Shown: in pieces, positions 18,414 to 28,163 of the stretch
How positions within the stretch are numbered: the stretch's first letter is position 1
Layout of the letters: each line of letters starts with the position of its first letter
Assembly: GCA_964464175.1 (NCBI GenBank)
Contig: CAYXFD010000004.1
Coordinates: 73,892 to 137,891, forward strand
Direction: 5' to 3'
Length of the DNA stretch: 64,000 nucleotides
DNA from: an uncultured Candidatus Cloacimonadota bacterium
GTDB taxonomy: Bacteria; Cloacimonadota; Cloacimonadia; Cloacimonadales; JAJBBL01
Program-made: the position numbers and the translations under genes
The notes under the pieces: model-generated
Told to the model about the DNA's origin: nothing
Seen by the model: only the letters and a program-made list of their open reading frames with translations
Database searches by the model: none

Positions 18414-19841
18414 TCACCTGCTTTTCTGCTTTAGTTGTTCATCTCCAGATAACTGATCCTTTCCCATCATTAATCTGGCTGCCTTAGGGAGAAGTTGTTT
18501 CAGTCTGCTGTCAATTTGCTGAGATAGTTCTCTGATCTCCCATTGAGCATGCTTATCTGAGCGGAGACGAGAAAAGTGATATAGTTCTCTTAAATTGGTT
18601 TTAAAAATCACATTTACTTTATGAGCGTTTGTCATAAGATAAGAACCGAGACCCCTTTTATGATCTTCGAGTTTATCATAAAGAGGAGAAAGAGCTGATA
18701 AAGATTCTTTGATTAAATGCTCCGAACGGGTTTTTCTAAAAATCTCCGGTATAACAAAGCCGTACTGGGGATGGTATCCGGAGCGGATAATTGTAGCAAG
18801 ACGATGCCGCTTTAGTTGGGCAAAGCAACTTGATGAAACACTAGCCTGGATTTGACAGTCAACCAGCTCAAAAGCTTTAGGTACCTGATGGTAGATATTT
18901 ATATCAGAGAATACTCTCTGAAACAATTGTTCTTTTTTCTCTGTAGATAGTTTCTTTAATTTTAGAAGGAGTTGAGAGAAATCCTGTGGATAGTTCTCGA
19001 AGAATAGACCGGCTAATATTCTCTCCTCGGGATCTGTCATCAGGATAGTTATGTCTCTGTTCAGAGGATTTGAGTCCGGTGGTTCGGCAATGTTAGAATT
19101 AAATTCCGGGAAACAGTTTTTCAGTTTCTTTTTATAGGGATCGGATTCAACATAACGAATAAGGGATGGAGTTACTTTTTTGACCTGTGAGCCCAGGGAA
19201 GTGTAAAGAATGCTGGCTTCCAGCAGCTCCATATTGGCTAATCGCCGCAGCAGATTCTCCAGACTTCGGGCATTGATAGTCATACCCATCTGGGTGGTCG
19301 TGGCTAAGGGAAGGACGTAACGGGCATCTTCCTTGGCCATTTCTTCTCTATTTCTATGAGCTAAAGCGGGAAGTTTTTCTTCGTAGTAATTGTAGGCTTT
19401 CTTGTACAATTCCTTATAAAGATCAAACAACTGAGAGATTTGTTGTTTGTAAGGTTTTTCCAGCGGAGAATCTCTTAACTCCTGAGGAGTAACGAATTCG
19501 TTATTCCAGGTTACATAACGTTGAGATTTCTCGGTGAAGGAGGCCAATCTGCTCTTCTGAACATACTCGGTCAGGTAACGCGAAATGCCGATGATATCGA
19601 TATTAAATACAGCATGTTCGGCGATTGAGGAATGTCCCATCTCGAAAACGATCTTCTCGTTTGATTGACGGGCTTTCTCAACCTCAGAGATCGCTTCCTG
19701 TCGTAAGTCATTCACATTCTTCCGGCTTCTGCTGATTCGGGCATAAGCAGCTGAAATTGTTTCCGGAGTTGCCTGAAGGGGCATATTAAGCATCTCTATT
19801 AAAGTTCTGTCAATGTTGAATCCAGCTATATCGACGATCAT
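18414..19841 (-). CDS. thyX: FAD-dependent thymidylate synthase ThyX, long (475-aa) form
   Basis: ThyX motifs GHSSIAEHAVF, a degenerate KSRLASFTEKSQRY, then ~240 aa later a second LKRHRLATIIRS, and SRLRSDKHAQWEIREL. Confidence 0.7.
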   Translation of the reverse strand: MIVDIAGFNIDRTLIEMLNMPLQATPETISAAYARISRSRKNVNDLRQEAISEVEKARQSNEKIVFEMGHSSIAEHAVFNIDIIGISRYLTEYVQKSRLASFTEKSQRYVTWNNEFVTPQELRDSPLEKPYKQQISQLFDLYKELYKKAYNYYEEKLPALAHRNREEMAKEDARYVLPLATTTQMGMTINARSLENLLRRLANMELLEASILYTSLGSQVKKVTPSLIRYVESDPYKKKLKNCFPEFNSNIAEPPDSNPLNRDITILMTDPEERILAGLFFENYPQDFSQLLLKLKKLSTEKKEQLFQRVFSDINIYHQVPKAFELVDCQIQASVSSSCFAQLKRHRLATIIRSGYHPQYGFVIPEIFRKTRSEHLIKESLSALSPLYDKLEDHKRGLGSYLMTNAHKVNVIFKTNLRELYHFSRLRSDKHAQWEIRELSQQIDSRLKQLLPKAARLMMGKDQLSGDEQLKQKSR

Positions 19842-19889
19842 TGATCAAAATCTCCTGAAAATTATTAAGAAAGTCGTTAAAGGGAGGAT

Positions 19890-20687
19890 TTATCTCCTGA
19901 AACTCTCTACGATCGAAACTCCATTGCTCGTTCCGATACGATTGGCTCCTGCTTCAAGCATTTTCACAGCTAAATCTGTTGATCTGACTCCGCCGGAAGC
20001 TTTCACTCCGAGTTTAGGTCCTACTATCTCTCTCATCAAAGATACATCATCTACAGTTGCTCCTGCTGAAGAAAACCCGGTAGATGTCTTAACAAAGAGA
20101 GCTCCAGACTTCTTTGCTGCCAGGCAGGCGATTATTTTTTCTTCAGTAGTCAGCAGACAGGTTTCTATGATAACTTTCAAATCGACATCATTATCGAAAC
20201 AGATATCAGAAACGATGCCAATATCACTGAGCAGGGAACTAATATCTCTTTCTTTGATTAAGGCGATATTATTAACCATATCAATTTCTGCGGCACCTTC
20301 CCGGATACAATGTCGGGTTTCCTCTCCTTTTATCTCACTATTATTAGCACCGAGTGGAAAACCAACAACAGAGCAGACGAGAGAAGCAGAGCTTTTCAGG
20401 GCAGACTGACAAAGAGTAACAAAGAAAGGATTAATACAGACCGCCTTAAAATGAAAACTTTCCGCTTCCTCACACAGTTTGGTTATATCGGCTGAAATCG
20501 AGTCCGGTTTAAGGTTAGTATGATCAATGAACTCAGCAAGAGTGGTAATTTTTTTTACGGTCTGATCTTCTCCCTCCATCCGGCAGATTTTGCAATTCAA
20601 ACAAACCTCGTGTCCACCTCCGCAACGGCACTTTTTTTCTTCTCCTCTAACGAAGTATTGCAGAGCGATTTTTTTTATCTCATTCAT
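19890..20687 (-). CDS. deoC: Deoxyribose-phosphate aldolase with ~45-aa Cys-rich N-terminal extension
   Basis: IDHTNLKPD, VCSVVGFPLG, LKVIIETCLL, Schiff-base region FVKTSTGF, VKASGGVR. ATG 20687 has GAGGAG 8 nt upstream; the internal ATG 20579 has no SD. Confidence 0.85.
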   Translation of the reverse strand: MNEIKKIALQYFVRGEEKKCRCGGGHEVCLNCKICRMEGEDQTVKKITTLAEFIDHTNLKPDSISADITKLCEEAESFHFKAVCINPFFVTLCQSALKSSASLVCSVVGFPLGANNSEIKGEETRHCIREGAAEIDMVNNIALIKERDISSLLSDIGIVSDICFDNDVDLKVIIETCLLTTEEKIIACLAAKKSGALFVKTSTGFSSAGATVDDVSLMREIVGPKLGVKASGGVRSTDLAVKMLEAGANRIGTSNGVSIVESFRR

Positions 20688-20810
20688 TGTACGAACTCCT
20701 CATCTTTTTTATCTTTTTCTGTTCTAATAATTTAGAATTCTGGTTTCGACATCACTAACTCAATATTGTTACAATCATATAATCAAGCAAGACAATCTTA
20801 ACCAAGCACT

Positions 20811-21872
20811 CTAAGACATCTTTGCCCTGGCTGCTAACTGACCACAGGCTGCGTTGATATCGTCTCCCCTGCTTTTACGGTAGGTGACAGCAAAGGGCAG
20901 AACCTGTAAGTATTCGGTAAATCTCTCTATCTCTTGAGCTGATGGAGATTGAAAAATTTGTTTAGCTGTGGTTTTATTCCACGAGATCAGATTGACTTTG
21001 CAGCAGAGATCTCCGATATAATCAATCAAAGCCTGAGCATCTTCTTTACCGATGTTGAAATCTTTGATCATGATATATTCAAACGTTACCCGGAAAGGAT
21101 TATTTCTCTGATAGAATAGCAATTCTTCCTTCAGTGTCGGAAGCGGGTAGAGCTTGGCCACCGGCATCAAGTATTCTCTTTTCTCCTGAATTGCCGAGTT
21201 GAGAGAGACTGCTAATTTAACCTTGATTCTTTCAGCGAAAAGCTTCCTCATGCCGGGGATAATTCCACAGGTAGAGACTGTTATCCGCCGCGGACTGAAA
21301 GAAAGGGTTTGCTCTTCCTGCAGCAATCGGATACTCTTGCAGAGATTATCAAGATTATCCAGCGGTTCTCCCATACCCATGAAGACGATGTTGGTTAGCT
21401 TTGTCTCTCTGTTATCCTGTAAGGCGATCAGAACCTGAGCTATTATTTCAGCAGCATTAAGACTGCGGTTAAAACCTGAATTACCGGTCGCACAGAACCG
21501 GCATTTTCTCAAACAACCGACCTGTGAAGATACACAGAGAGTTTGTTTGCTTTGTGCCGGGATAAGAACCATCTCTATCAGATTACCGTCTGTGAGCTCA
21601 AGCAGGTATTTTTTTGTTCCGTCAACCGACAGGGATACTTTTTTTACTTCCGGTAACTCTATTGGAATCTTTTCCTGTAAAGAATCTCTGAGATTCTTAG
21701 GCAGATTGGACATCTTAGTATAGTCAGTAATCAGTTTTTTGTAGATCCAATCACAGACCTGAGTTGCTCTATAGCGGGCTTTCCGGGGATTATGGGCAGA
21801 GAGAGGTAAAAACAATTCGCACCATTCCTTGGAGTTGTATGATAAAGGAGAAGGAGGGGGAATATGGCTCAT
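20811..21872 (-). CDS. rlmN: 23S rRNA/tRNA (adenine-C2)-methyltransferase, radical SAM
   Basis: CVSSQVGCLRKCRFCATG (CxxxCxxC), FMGMGEPLDN, C-terminal GDDINAACGQL. 4-nt overlap with the upstream PSP1 gene. Confidence 0.9.
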   Translation of the reverse strand: MSHIPPPSPLSYNSKEWCELFLPLSAHNPRKARYRATQVCDWIYKKLITDYTKMSNLPKNLRDSLQEKIPIELPEVKKVSLSVDGTKKYLLELTDGNLIEMVLIPAQSKQTLCVSSQVGCLRKCRFCATGNSGFNRSLNAAEIIAQVLIALQDNRETKLTNIVFMGMGEPLDNLDNLCKSIRLLQEEQTLSFSPRRITVSTCGIIPGMRKLFAERIKVKLAVSLNSAIQEKREYLMPVAKLYPLPTLKEELLFYQRNNPFRVTFEYIMIKDFNIGKEDAQALIDYIGDLCCKVNLISWNKTTAKQIFQSPSAQEIERFTEYLQVLPFAVTYRKSRGDDINAACGQLAARAKMS

Positions 21873-22771
21873 TTTTTGTGGTTCTTTCTGGTTCTCTGTC
21901 TATTGTTATGGTTTCGCTTATTTTTGTTGTCGTTACCGGGGAGATTATTAAGTGTTTTCCCGCTCTTCATATCCTTAAACTGTTGCAAAGAGATAACTTC
22001 TATGATTTGATCCTCGTTTGAAAGGTGCACAGTTTTGTTAAAATAGTCGTTCTTGTAAACAAAGAGACGGCTGTTATCATGTTTTATCTCTTCTCCGATT
22101 TCGGGGAATTCCTTGGCTGTTTCGGCATAGTAATCTTCCTCATAATGGAGACAACAGAGTAAGCGGCCACAAGGACCCGATATCTTGGAGAGGTTGCCGG
22201 AAAGATTCTGATCCTTAACCATTTTTATCGTTACCTGACTAAATCGTTTCAGAAAGGAGGCACAGCAATACTTATAACCGCACATGCCAATACCGCCGAT
22301 CCGTTTTGCCTCATCTCTGCCGGTAGATTGATGCAACTCAATTCTTGTTTTAAAAACCGTTGCCAGTTCCCGAACAAAATCACGGAAGTCAATGCGGCAG
22401 TCAGCAGTAAAGAAGAAGGTCAATTTATTACCGTCAAATTGATATATAGTTTCAATAAGTTTCATCTCGAAAGGATATTTGGGGAGTAGGGAATTGAACT
22501 TTTGCGCTGCTGTCAGTTCCTTTTCCCGAACAATATCGAGCTGTTTGCATTCGTCTTCCTGAGCAGTTTTGATGATCTTCAGAATCTTCTTGTTCTCGAA
22601 TAAAACATCCAGCTCTTCACTGGAGATGGAACTGTGGATAACAGTCCCAATATCATAACCTCTTTCCACTTCAACGATTACGAGGGCCTCAGGTTCTATG
22701 TCTATATTGTTAGGATTAATGAAATATCCGAGCCTTCCGGAACGGAATTCAACTTCCACATAATGGTTCAT
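21869..22771 (-). CDS. ricT: PSP1-domain protein (RicT/YaaT-like)
   Basis: FFFTADCRIDFRDFVRELATVFKTRIELHQ.G.RDEAKRIGGIGMCGYKYCC and CGRLLCCLHYE. ATG 22771 has GAGGT 5 nt upstream. Confidence 0.8.
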   Translation of the reverse strand: MNHYVEVEFRSGRLGYFINPNNIDIEPEALVIVEVERGYDIGTVIHSSISSEELDVLFENKKILKIIKTAQEDECKQLDIVREKELTAAQKFNSLLPKYPFEMKLIETIYQFDGNKLTFFFTADCRIDFRDFVRELATVFKTRIELHQSTGRDEAKRIGGIGMCGYKYCCASFLKRFSQVTIKMVKDQNLSGNLSKISGPCGRLLCCLHYEEDYYAETAKEFPEIGEEIKHDNSRLFVYKNDYFNKTVHLSNEDQIIEVISLQQFKDMKSGKTLNNLPGNDNKNKRNHNNRQRTRKNHKK

Positions 22772-22931
22772 TATTACCTCTATATTTTTTTGTATGCTAT
22801 TTATTATTAACATCGGTTATCAGGCTTTACCTGCCTGCCAAACAATAGAACCGGGTTATTCTAAGCACGGGGTATGACAATCTAAAGGATAGTTTTTATC
22901 ACCCTTTTTCTTTGTTATATCATCTGCAGGA

Positions 22932-24152
22932 TCACATCTTCATTTTGTACAAAGCTGCGATAAGGTTTTCCTCGGCAGAAGTGAGATCTACTTTTCTGCG
23001 TTGTTTTACGGTTTCAGCTGTTTGCAGAAAAGCATCCAAACGATAAGAACGGAGATCATTACCGGTGCCCCAACTAAACGAAGGGATAAAACCAGAGAGC
23101 AGTTCATGACCGTATAGATTACATCCTATGCCGATCACAGTTCCAGTATTGATAGAACAATTGATTCCCGTTTTAGAATGATCTCCAATAATTGCTCCCA
23201 AAAATTGGTTACCTGTATTTATTGTTTCTTTAGCAGGATAGAAATATGATTTAACAGGTTTATAGTTATTCTTGAGATCACTATTATTTGTATCCGCGCC
23301 CAGATTAATCCATTCTCCCAGAAAAGCATGACCGAGAAAACCGTCATGCTGTTTATTGGAAAATCCTTGAATAATTGAGGATTCTACCTCCCCGCCGATC
23401 TTGCAGGTTGGTCCGATCGTAGTTCCTTCATAGATCTTGGCAGCTGCCTTTATCAGAGTATTTTTTCCAATGTAGACCGGTCCTGAGATAACGGCATTGG
23501 GTAAAATCCTCACGTTTTCATCAATGACAACAGGTCCTTCCGAAGCATCAATAACCACTCCCGGTTTAAACTGACTCCCTTCTCCTATCCAGACATTGTA
23601 GGGATTTAAGATAGTTACTCCGGGTTCTGTTTCAAAGAAATTATCCTGCTCATAAAAGAATTCGAAAAAGTCATTACGAATATATTCTGAGTTATTCGAG
23701 ATGAGTTCCCAGGTATATTGCCAACAGTTAACCGGTTCAGGATCAATATCTATTCTGTTCAAGTTTTGGGAGAACTTTTCAAGCTCTTCGGAGGAGAGTT
23801 CTCGCTCTTTTGTTTCGCAACGAAAGGCAATGATCGCATCTCTTTCTGCCAGAAGTGAGTTAGGGGATAAAGACTGAAGTCTTTTGACCCAATCATCAGA
23901 AATTTTCAATCTGCTGTTGATAAAGACTGTTTCTCCGTTGCTCAGTGCGTTAATCTTTTTATCAGGATGTCTCTCCTGATATGTTTCAGAAAGATGACCG
24001 GGAATGACCAATGCCGGGTTTTCGATTTCCATAAAAGCAGCAATTCGCTGCCTGAGCTTAAGAATTCCCAGTCTCAAATCTCCAGTCGATCTGTTTAGTG
24101 TTAAAGGATAGAAGTTTTCAATATATCTATCATCAAATATCACATAGTTCAT
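22932..24152 (-). CDS. Putative sugar nucleotidyltransferase with left-handed beta-helix (GlmU-like)
   Basis: N-terminal MNYVIFDD...FYPLTLNRSTGDLRLGILKL, and C-terminal hexapeptide-repeat region (IGEGSQFKPGVVIDASEGPVVIDENVRILPNAVISGPVYIGKNTLI...). Confidence 0.55.
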   Translation of the reverse strand: MNYVIFDDRYIENFYPLTLNRSTGDLRLGILKLRQRIAAFMEIENPALVIPGHLSETYQERHPDKKINALSNGETVFINSRLKISDDWVKRLQSLSPNSLLAERDAIIAFRCETKERELSSEELEKFSQNLNRIDIDPEPVNCWQYTWELISNNSEYIRNDFFEFFYEQDNFFETEPGVTILNPYNVWIGEGSQFKPGVVIDASEGPVVIDENVRILPNAVISGPVYIGKNTLIKAAAKIYEGTTIGPTCKIGGEVESSIIQGFSNKQHDGFLGHAFLGEWINLGADTNNSDLKNNYKPVKSYFYPAKETINTGNQFLGAIIGDHSKTGINCSINTGTVIGIGCNLYGHELLSGFIPSFSWGTGNDLRSYRLDAFLQTAETVKQRRKVDLTSAEENLIAALYKMKM

Positions 24153-24266
24153 TTCTTTACCTCAAATGTATAGAATAACACATTTTATACCACTGCCAGC
24201 ATTTTGCTAAGAGGTATTACGTCAAATGATTTTTGGCTTTTCTTGAGGCCTGATTCTGCTGCTAAT

Positions 24267-25400
24267 CTATTTCCAGGAAAAGAAATCAAACAGACCGCGA
24301 AAAGCCACGAAAATAAGATAGAAAGGCTGGATGATCGCCCAGACCGGAAAAAATGTAAGCCTTCCTCTTTCTGATTCAAATTTGGTGAAATTGAGAGCTA
24401 CAAAAATAAACTCACTAACGAACTTACCGGCAAAGAGAAGCAGAGCAGTCTGCCAGCTTAAAAAAAGCAGAATAAGCATGACTAAATGAAGAGAAAAAAC
24501 AATTACCAGATAGATGAAGAATTCCGGATTTAAGGCAAGCTGCCACTTAGAATTGGAAGCCCAACGGCTACGTTGACTAATTAGGTGGGAAAAAGATTTA
24601 ACCGGTTGAGTATAGACAAAAGAGTGACCTATGAGAGAAAAGGTTACTTTAAGATTTTTTTTACGAAAAAGCTGCAAAAGATTCACATCATCTCCGGAGA
24701 GAAGATGCTTAATTTTTTCAAAGCCACCCACCTGGTAAAATGATTGTCTTCGATAAGCCAGATTCTGGTTGGAACAGGAAAAATATTTGCCTGATAGAAT
24801 AGCACCTGCAGCAGCCATGAACATCAGCAGAAAATCGAAGAACTCGAATCGGTGAAGGATAGAACTCTTCTTCCAGTTAGGTAATTGCGTTCTCGAGAAA
24901 CCGGCAACCATTGATATTTTCTGCGAAAATTTGCTAACCATTGCTTCAATCCAATACTTGGTTACCAGACAGTCAGCATCAGTCAGGAGGATTATCTCAT
25001 TTTGACTCTCTTCGATAGCCCGGGAAAGAGCAAATTTCTTGGGAGATATCCCTTCCGGAGTACTTTCGATATTAACTAAACGGATATTAGTCCATTTAGA
25101 ACAGAAATCCTCAATAATCTGAGCTGTTTTATCGTTCGATCTGTCATTAGCTATAATAATTTCATAAAGCTCTTGCGGATATGATTGATTGATCAGAGAG
25201 GTCAATAGTCTTCCTATGTTCTGTTCTTCATTTCTGGCAGCTACAACAACAGAGACGGCAGACTTTCGGTAATTTGGTTCGGATTCGTCTTTCCTCAGAC
25301 CGGAATGGAAGATAAGCAGGTATATATCATAAAAAACAAGTAAAAAAAGACCCAGGAGAAAGAGAATGTTGGAAATTGTCATACTAAGAACCGGGAACAT
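24267..25400 (-). CDS. Membrane glycosyltransferase family 2 (processive-type)
   Basis: VSVVVAARNEEQNI, IIANDRSNDKT, LLTDADC, QRSRWA (QxxRW), flanking TM segments. Confidence 0.8.
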   Translation of the reverse strand: MFPVLSMTISNILFLLGLFLLVFYDIYLLIFHSGLRKDESEPNYRKSAVSVVVAARNEEQNIGRLLTSLINQSYPQELYEIIIANDRSNDKTAQIIEDFCSKWTNIRLVNIESTPEGISPKKFALSRAIEESQNEIILLTDADCLVTKYWIEAMVSKFSQKISMVAGFSRTQLPNWKKSSILHRFEFFDFLLMFMAAAGAILSGKYFSCSNQNLAYRRQSFYQVGGFEKIKHLLSGDDVNLLQLFRKKNLKVTFSLIGHSFVYTQPVKSFSHLISQRSRWASNSKWQLALNPEFFIYLVIVFSLHLVMLILLFLSWQTALLLFAGKFVSEFIFVALNFTKFESERGRLTFFPVWAIIQPFYLIFVAFRGLFDFFSWK

Positions 25401-25432
25401 TAATCATTCAGTCAGGTAAGAGTCAGGATCAT

Positions 25433-27613
25433 TCATGGCCTGGGGATTATTATATTAGGTGCTTCTAAGTCAAGGAACGGGATAGAATCCTGTTCTGTAC
25501 TGCTACTACCCCCCAAATAAACAATCAATGAATCATATATATTCTCTCTATACATAGAAGGATAGAAGTTGTAATGCAGGCTGTCCGACAAAGGTGTGGG
25601 CTCAGTCCCAGAGATAAATAACTCCTCAATGGAAGCTTCGGTTATATTTCGGGGGAGTAAACCGGTATTGGCCGAGATTCTCTGTGAGATTATTCCTTCC
25701 GGTCTGGACAGCTCTAATTCAGAGGCATCAACAATTGGAGTTCCGCTGCTGCTTTTGGGGGCGATGTTTTCTATTGCTCTTTTCATAATGGGAGGCCAGG
25801 AGGGGAGAGCTGCTATTGCTCCCGATTGATTCTTCCCTAAGGAAGAGTTATCATCAAACCCGACCCAGATACCCAAAACAAGCTGTTTGTTGAAACCAAT
25901 GAACCAGGCATCTCTGAAGTCATCTGTCGTTCCTGTTTTCCCAGCAGCATACCAGCGATAACCCCTTGTTCTGACCGATCTTCCGGTTCCTTCGTTAACG
26001 ACACTCTCTAACAGGCTTGACATCAGATAGGCAGTTTTTTCATCGATAACTCTTATCTGTTCAGGGAGTGCCATTTCCAGAATGTTTCCGTTTTTATCTT
26101 CGATTCGACGGATAAAAACCGGAGTTACTCTTTTTCCGCTGTTGGCATAAGCAGTATAAGCAGATATTAACTCGATTGGCCGAACTTCGAAGGAACCGAT
26201 TGCTAAAGAGTAATAGGGTTGTAATGGCGTGGTTATGCCAAATCTTCTTGAGTAGTCGATAATGCGGGAGGGACCGAGATCACTTATCACTTTAATGGCA
26301 ACAGTGTTGATTGATTTGTTAATCGCTTCCCTTAATCTGAGATATCCTTCATGAGTTTGGGAATAGTTTCGGGGTTTCCAGAAGATGGAGTCGCTTTGAA
26401 CAAAGACAACTGGTTCATCCTTAATCATAGTAGCGGGAGTATAACGGGAGTCGAGTGCTGCAGTATAGAGAATTGGTTTAAAAGAGGAACCGGGTTGACG
26501 TCTGGCTTGGGTGACTCGATTAAATTTACTGTGATTGAAATCTCTACCCCCGATCATTATTCTGACATAACCTGTCTGAGGTTCTATGCCAAAAACAGCT
26601 CCCTGTACGTAAGGGGTGGCAATATCGATTGAATCTGGTGGATGATCTTCATAGAGGTGGGGATAATCTTGCCTTTGCTCCAAGACAGATAGTTCATAAT
26701 TCATTAGAGAATCTGCATAGATCTGCAGGTCGTAGTCGAGAGTGGTGTAGATCTTCAAACCTTCAGTGAAGAGCTTGGTAGTTCCGTATTTTCTCTCCAC
26801 AAGCAGTCTCACATGTTCCAGAAAATAATCAGCAGTACCATGTTCACTTTTCGCAGAGACCAAGGTAATCGGTTCTTCCACTGCTTCATGGTATTCTTCC
26901 TGAGAAATCACTTCTTGGTCTAACATCACGGATAAGACCGTGTTTCTCCGTTTTATTGAGCGTTCCGGGTTTCTTAGGGGAGAGTAGGCAGATGGCAATT
27001 GGATAAGTCCGATCAGAGTTGCAGCTTCAGGAATCGACAAATCCCGGGCGTCCTTATTAAAGTAGCGGTGAGATGCTGCCTCAACACCATAAGCTCCGGC
27101 ACCGAGATAGATCTTATCCAAATACATCTCCAGGATTTCTTCTTTGCTATAATTTCTTTCGATATTGACCGCGAGCATCATCTCTTTAATCTTTCTGGGA
27201 ATCTGCTTATCGAGTGAGAGGAATAGATTTCGGGCAAGCTGTTGGGTAATTGTGCTTCCTCCCTGAGCAAAGCCCTGATGCCTAAGATCGATCAAAATTG
27301 CTCTGAAAAGGCTTCGTAATTCTACTCCCCAGTGATTGTGAAATCTTCTGTCTTCAACTGCAATGACCCCTTTGACCAGATAAGAAGGGAGAGTCTGAAT
27401 ATCTGTACTTCGTCTGTGTTCAACCGCAAAAACATGAATGAGATTATCATTTACATCATAAACTTCCGACCCGGTTTTCATGTCCAATCTTTGCAGTTCG
27501 GAGAGAGGTGGAAGCTGGTTGCTGTAATAGAAGAAAATCCCGCTGCCGATCCCGGTCAGGAGAAAGAGAACTCCTAACATTAATAAAACGAATCTATAAG
27601 TATAGACTTTCAT
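25433..27613 (-). CDS. mrcA: Bifunctional class A penicillin-binding protein (PBP1A family)
   Basis: Glycosyltransferase motifs EDRRFHNHWGV and GGSTITQQL. Transpeptidase motifs GSSFKP (SxxK), SINT (SxN), KTGTT. Confidence 0.92.
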   Translation of the reverse strand: MKVYTYRFVLLMLGVLFLLTGIGSGIFFYYSNQLPPLSELQRLDMKTGSEVYDVNDNLIHVFAVEHRRSTDIQTLPSYLVKGVIAVEDRRFHNHWGVELRSLFRAILIDLRHQGFAQGGSTITQQLARNLFLSLDKQIPRKIKEMMLAVNIERNYSKEEILEMYLDKIYLGAGAYGVEAASHRYFNKDARDLSIPEAATLIGLIQLPSAYSPLRNPERSIKRRNTVLSVMLDQEVISQEEYHEAVEEPITLVSAKSEHGTADYFLEHVRLLVERKYGTTKLFTEGLKIYTTLDYDLQIYADSLMNYELSVLEQRQDYPHLYEDHPPDSIDIATPYVQGAVFGIEPQTGYVRIMIGGRDFNHSKFNRVTQARRQPGSSFKPILYTAALDSRYTPATMIKDEPVVFVQSDSIFWKPRNYSQTHEGYLRLREAINKSINTVAIKVISDLGPSRIIDYSRRFGITTPLQPYYSLAIGSFEVRPIELISAYTAYANSGKRVTPVFIRRIEDKNGNILEMALPEQIRVIDEKTAYLMSSLLESVVNEGTGRSVRTRGYRWYAAGKTGTTDDFRDAWFIGFNKQLVLGIWVGFDDNSSLGKNQSGAIAALPSWPPIMKRAIENIAPKSSSGTPIVDASELELSRPEGIISQRISANTGLLPRNITEASIEELFISGTEPTPLSDSLHYNFYPSMYRENIYDSLIVYLGGSSSTEQDSIPFLDLEAPNIIIPRP

Positions 27614-27618
27614 TTAGC

Positions 27619-28158
27619 TTATTCATCTCCAATTTTCTTTAGAAGTAAATGGGCGATATAACCTGTAATCACTCCAGTGATCATACCCAATATAATTAAC
27701 AGGGGAGTCAAATAAAATATTTCATTTTCTTTAATCAGGAGTAGTCTCACGGCAAAGAGCTGCCCTAAATTATGGAATACTGCTCCGGCTATACTGATAC
27801 CGATGATACTAAAGTTAACCGGAAGATAGATCAGAATAATCATTATCAGGAAAGCAAATAGTCCACCACACAGTGAGAGCAGAGTCGTCGGACTAAACAA
27901 AGTACCTGTAATAAAACCTCCCAGAATTATCTTGGCTATGATGACAATAAATGCCTCCCGGTGATTCTTTCTGATGATAAGAATCAAGGGGATAATGTTA
28001 GCTAAACCGATTTTCATAAAGGGCAGTATTTTTGGAATAAAACTTTCCAAGACAAAGATTGAGGCAGCTGCTGCTGTGAAAAGTGCTGTCATAATCAGCT
28101 TTCTTTGCTGAGTCATTTCTTTGAAATTCAAAAGATCATTTTGAGACGAGGGATTCAT
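27619..28158 (-). CDS. Small polytopic membrane protein, Gx-transporter / heptaprenyl-diphosphate-synthase-component-I-like
   Basis: 179 aa, ~5 TM, LFTAAAASIFVLESFIPKILPFMKIGLANIIPLILII. Family call from memory of the family pattern only. Confidence 0.5.
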   Translation of the reverse strand: MNPSSQNDLLNFKEMTQQRKLIMTALFTAAAASIFVLESFIPKILPFMKIGLANIIPLILIIRKNHREAFIVIIAKIILGGFITGTLFSPTTLLSLCGGLFAFLIMIILIYLPVNFSIIGISIAGAVFHNLGQLFAVRLLLIKENEIFYLTPLLIILGMITGVITGYIAHLLLKKIGDE

Positions 28159-28163
28159 ATAAC

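Noticed and set aside
19813-20409. 198-aa plus-strand ORF overlapping deoC, and similar antisense ORFs at 35498-36028 (ppiD), 8038-8391 (murA), 10079-10813 (hisS), 3784-4257 and 4554-4919 (fusA), 844-1729 (rpoC).
   Set aside because: Each is antisense to a gene with unambiguous conserved motifs, and none has family resemblance or a ribosome-binding site.
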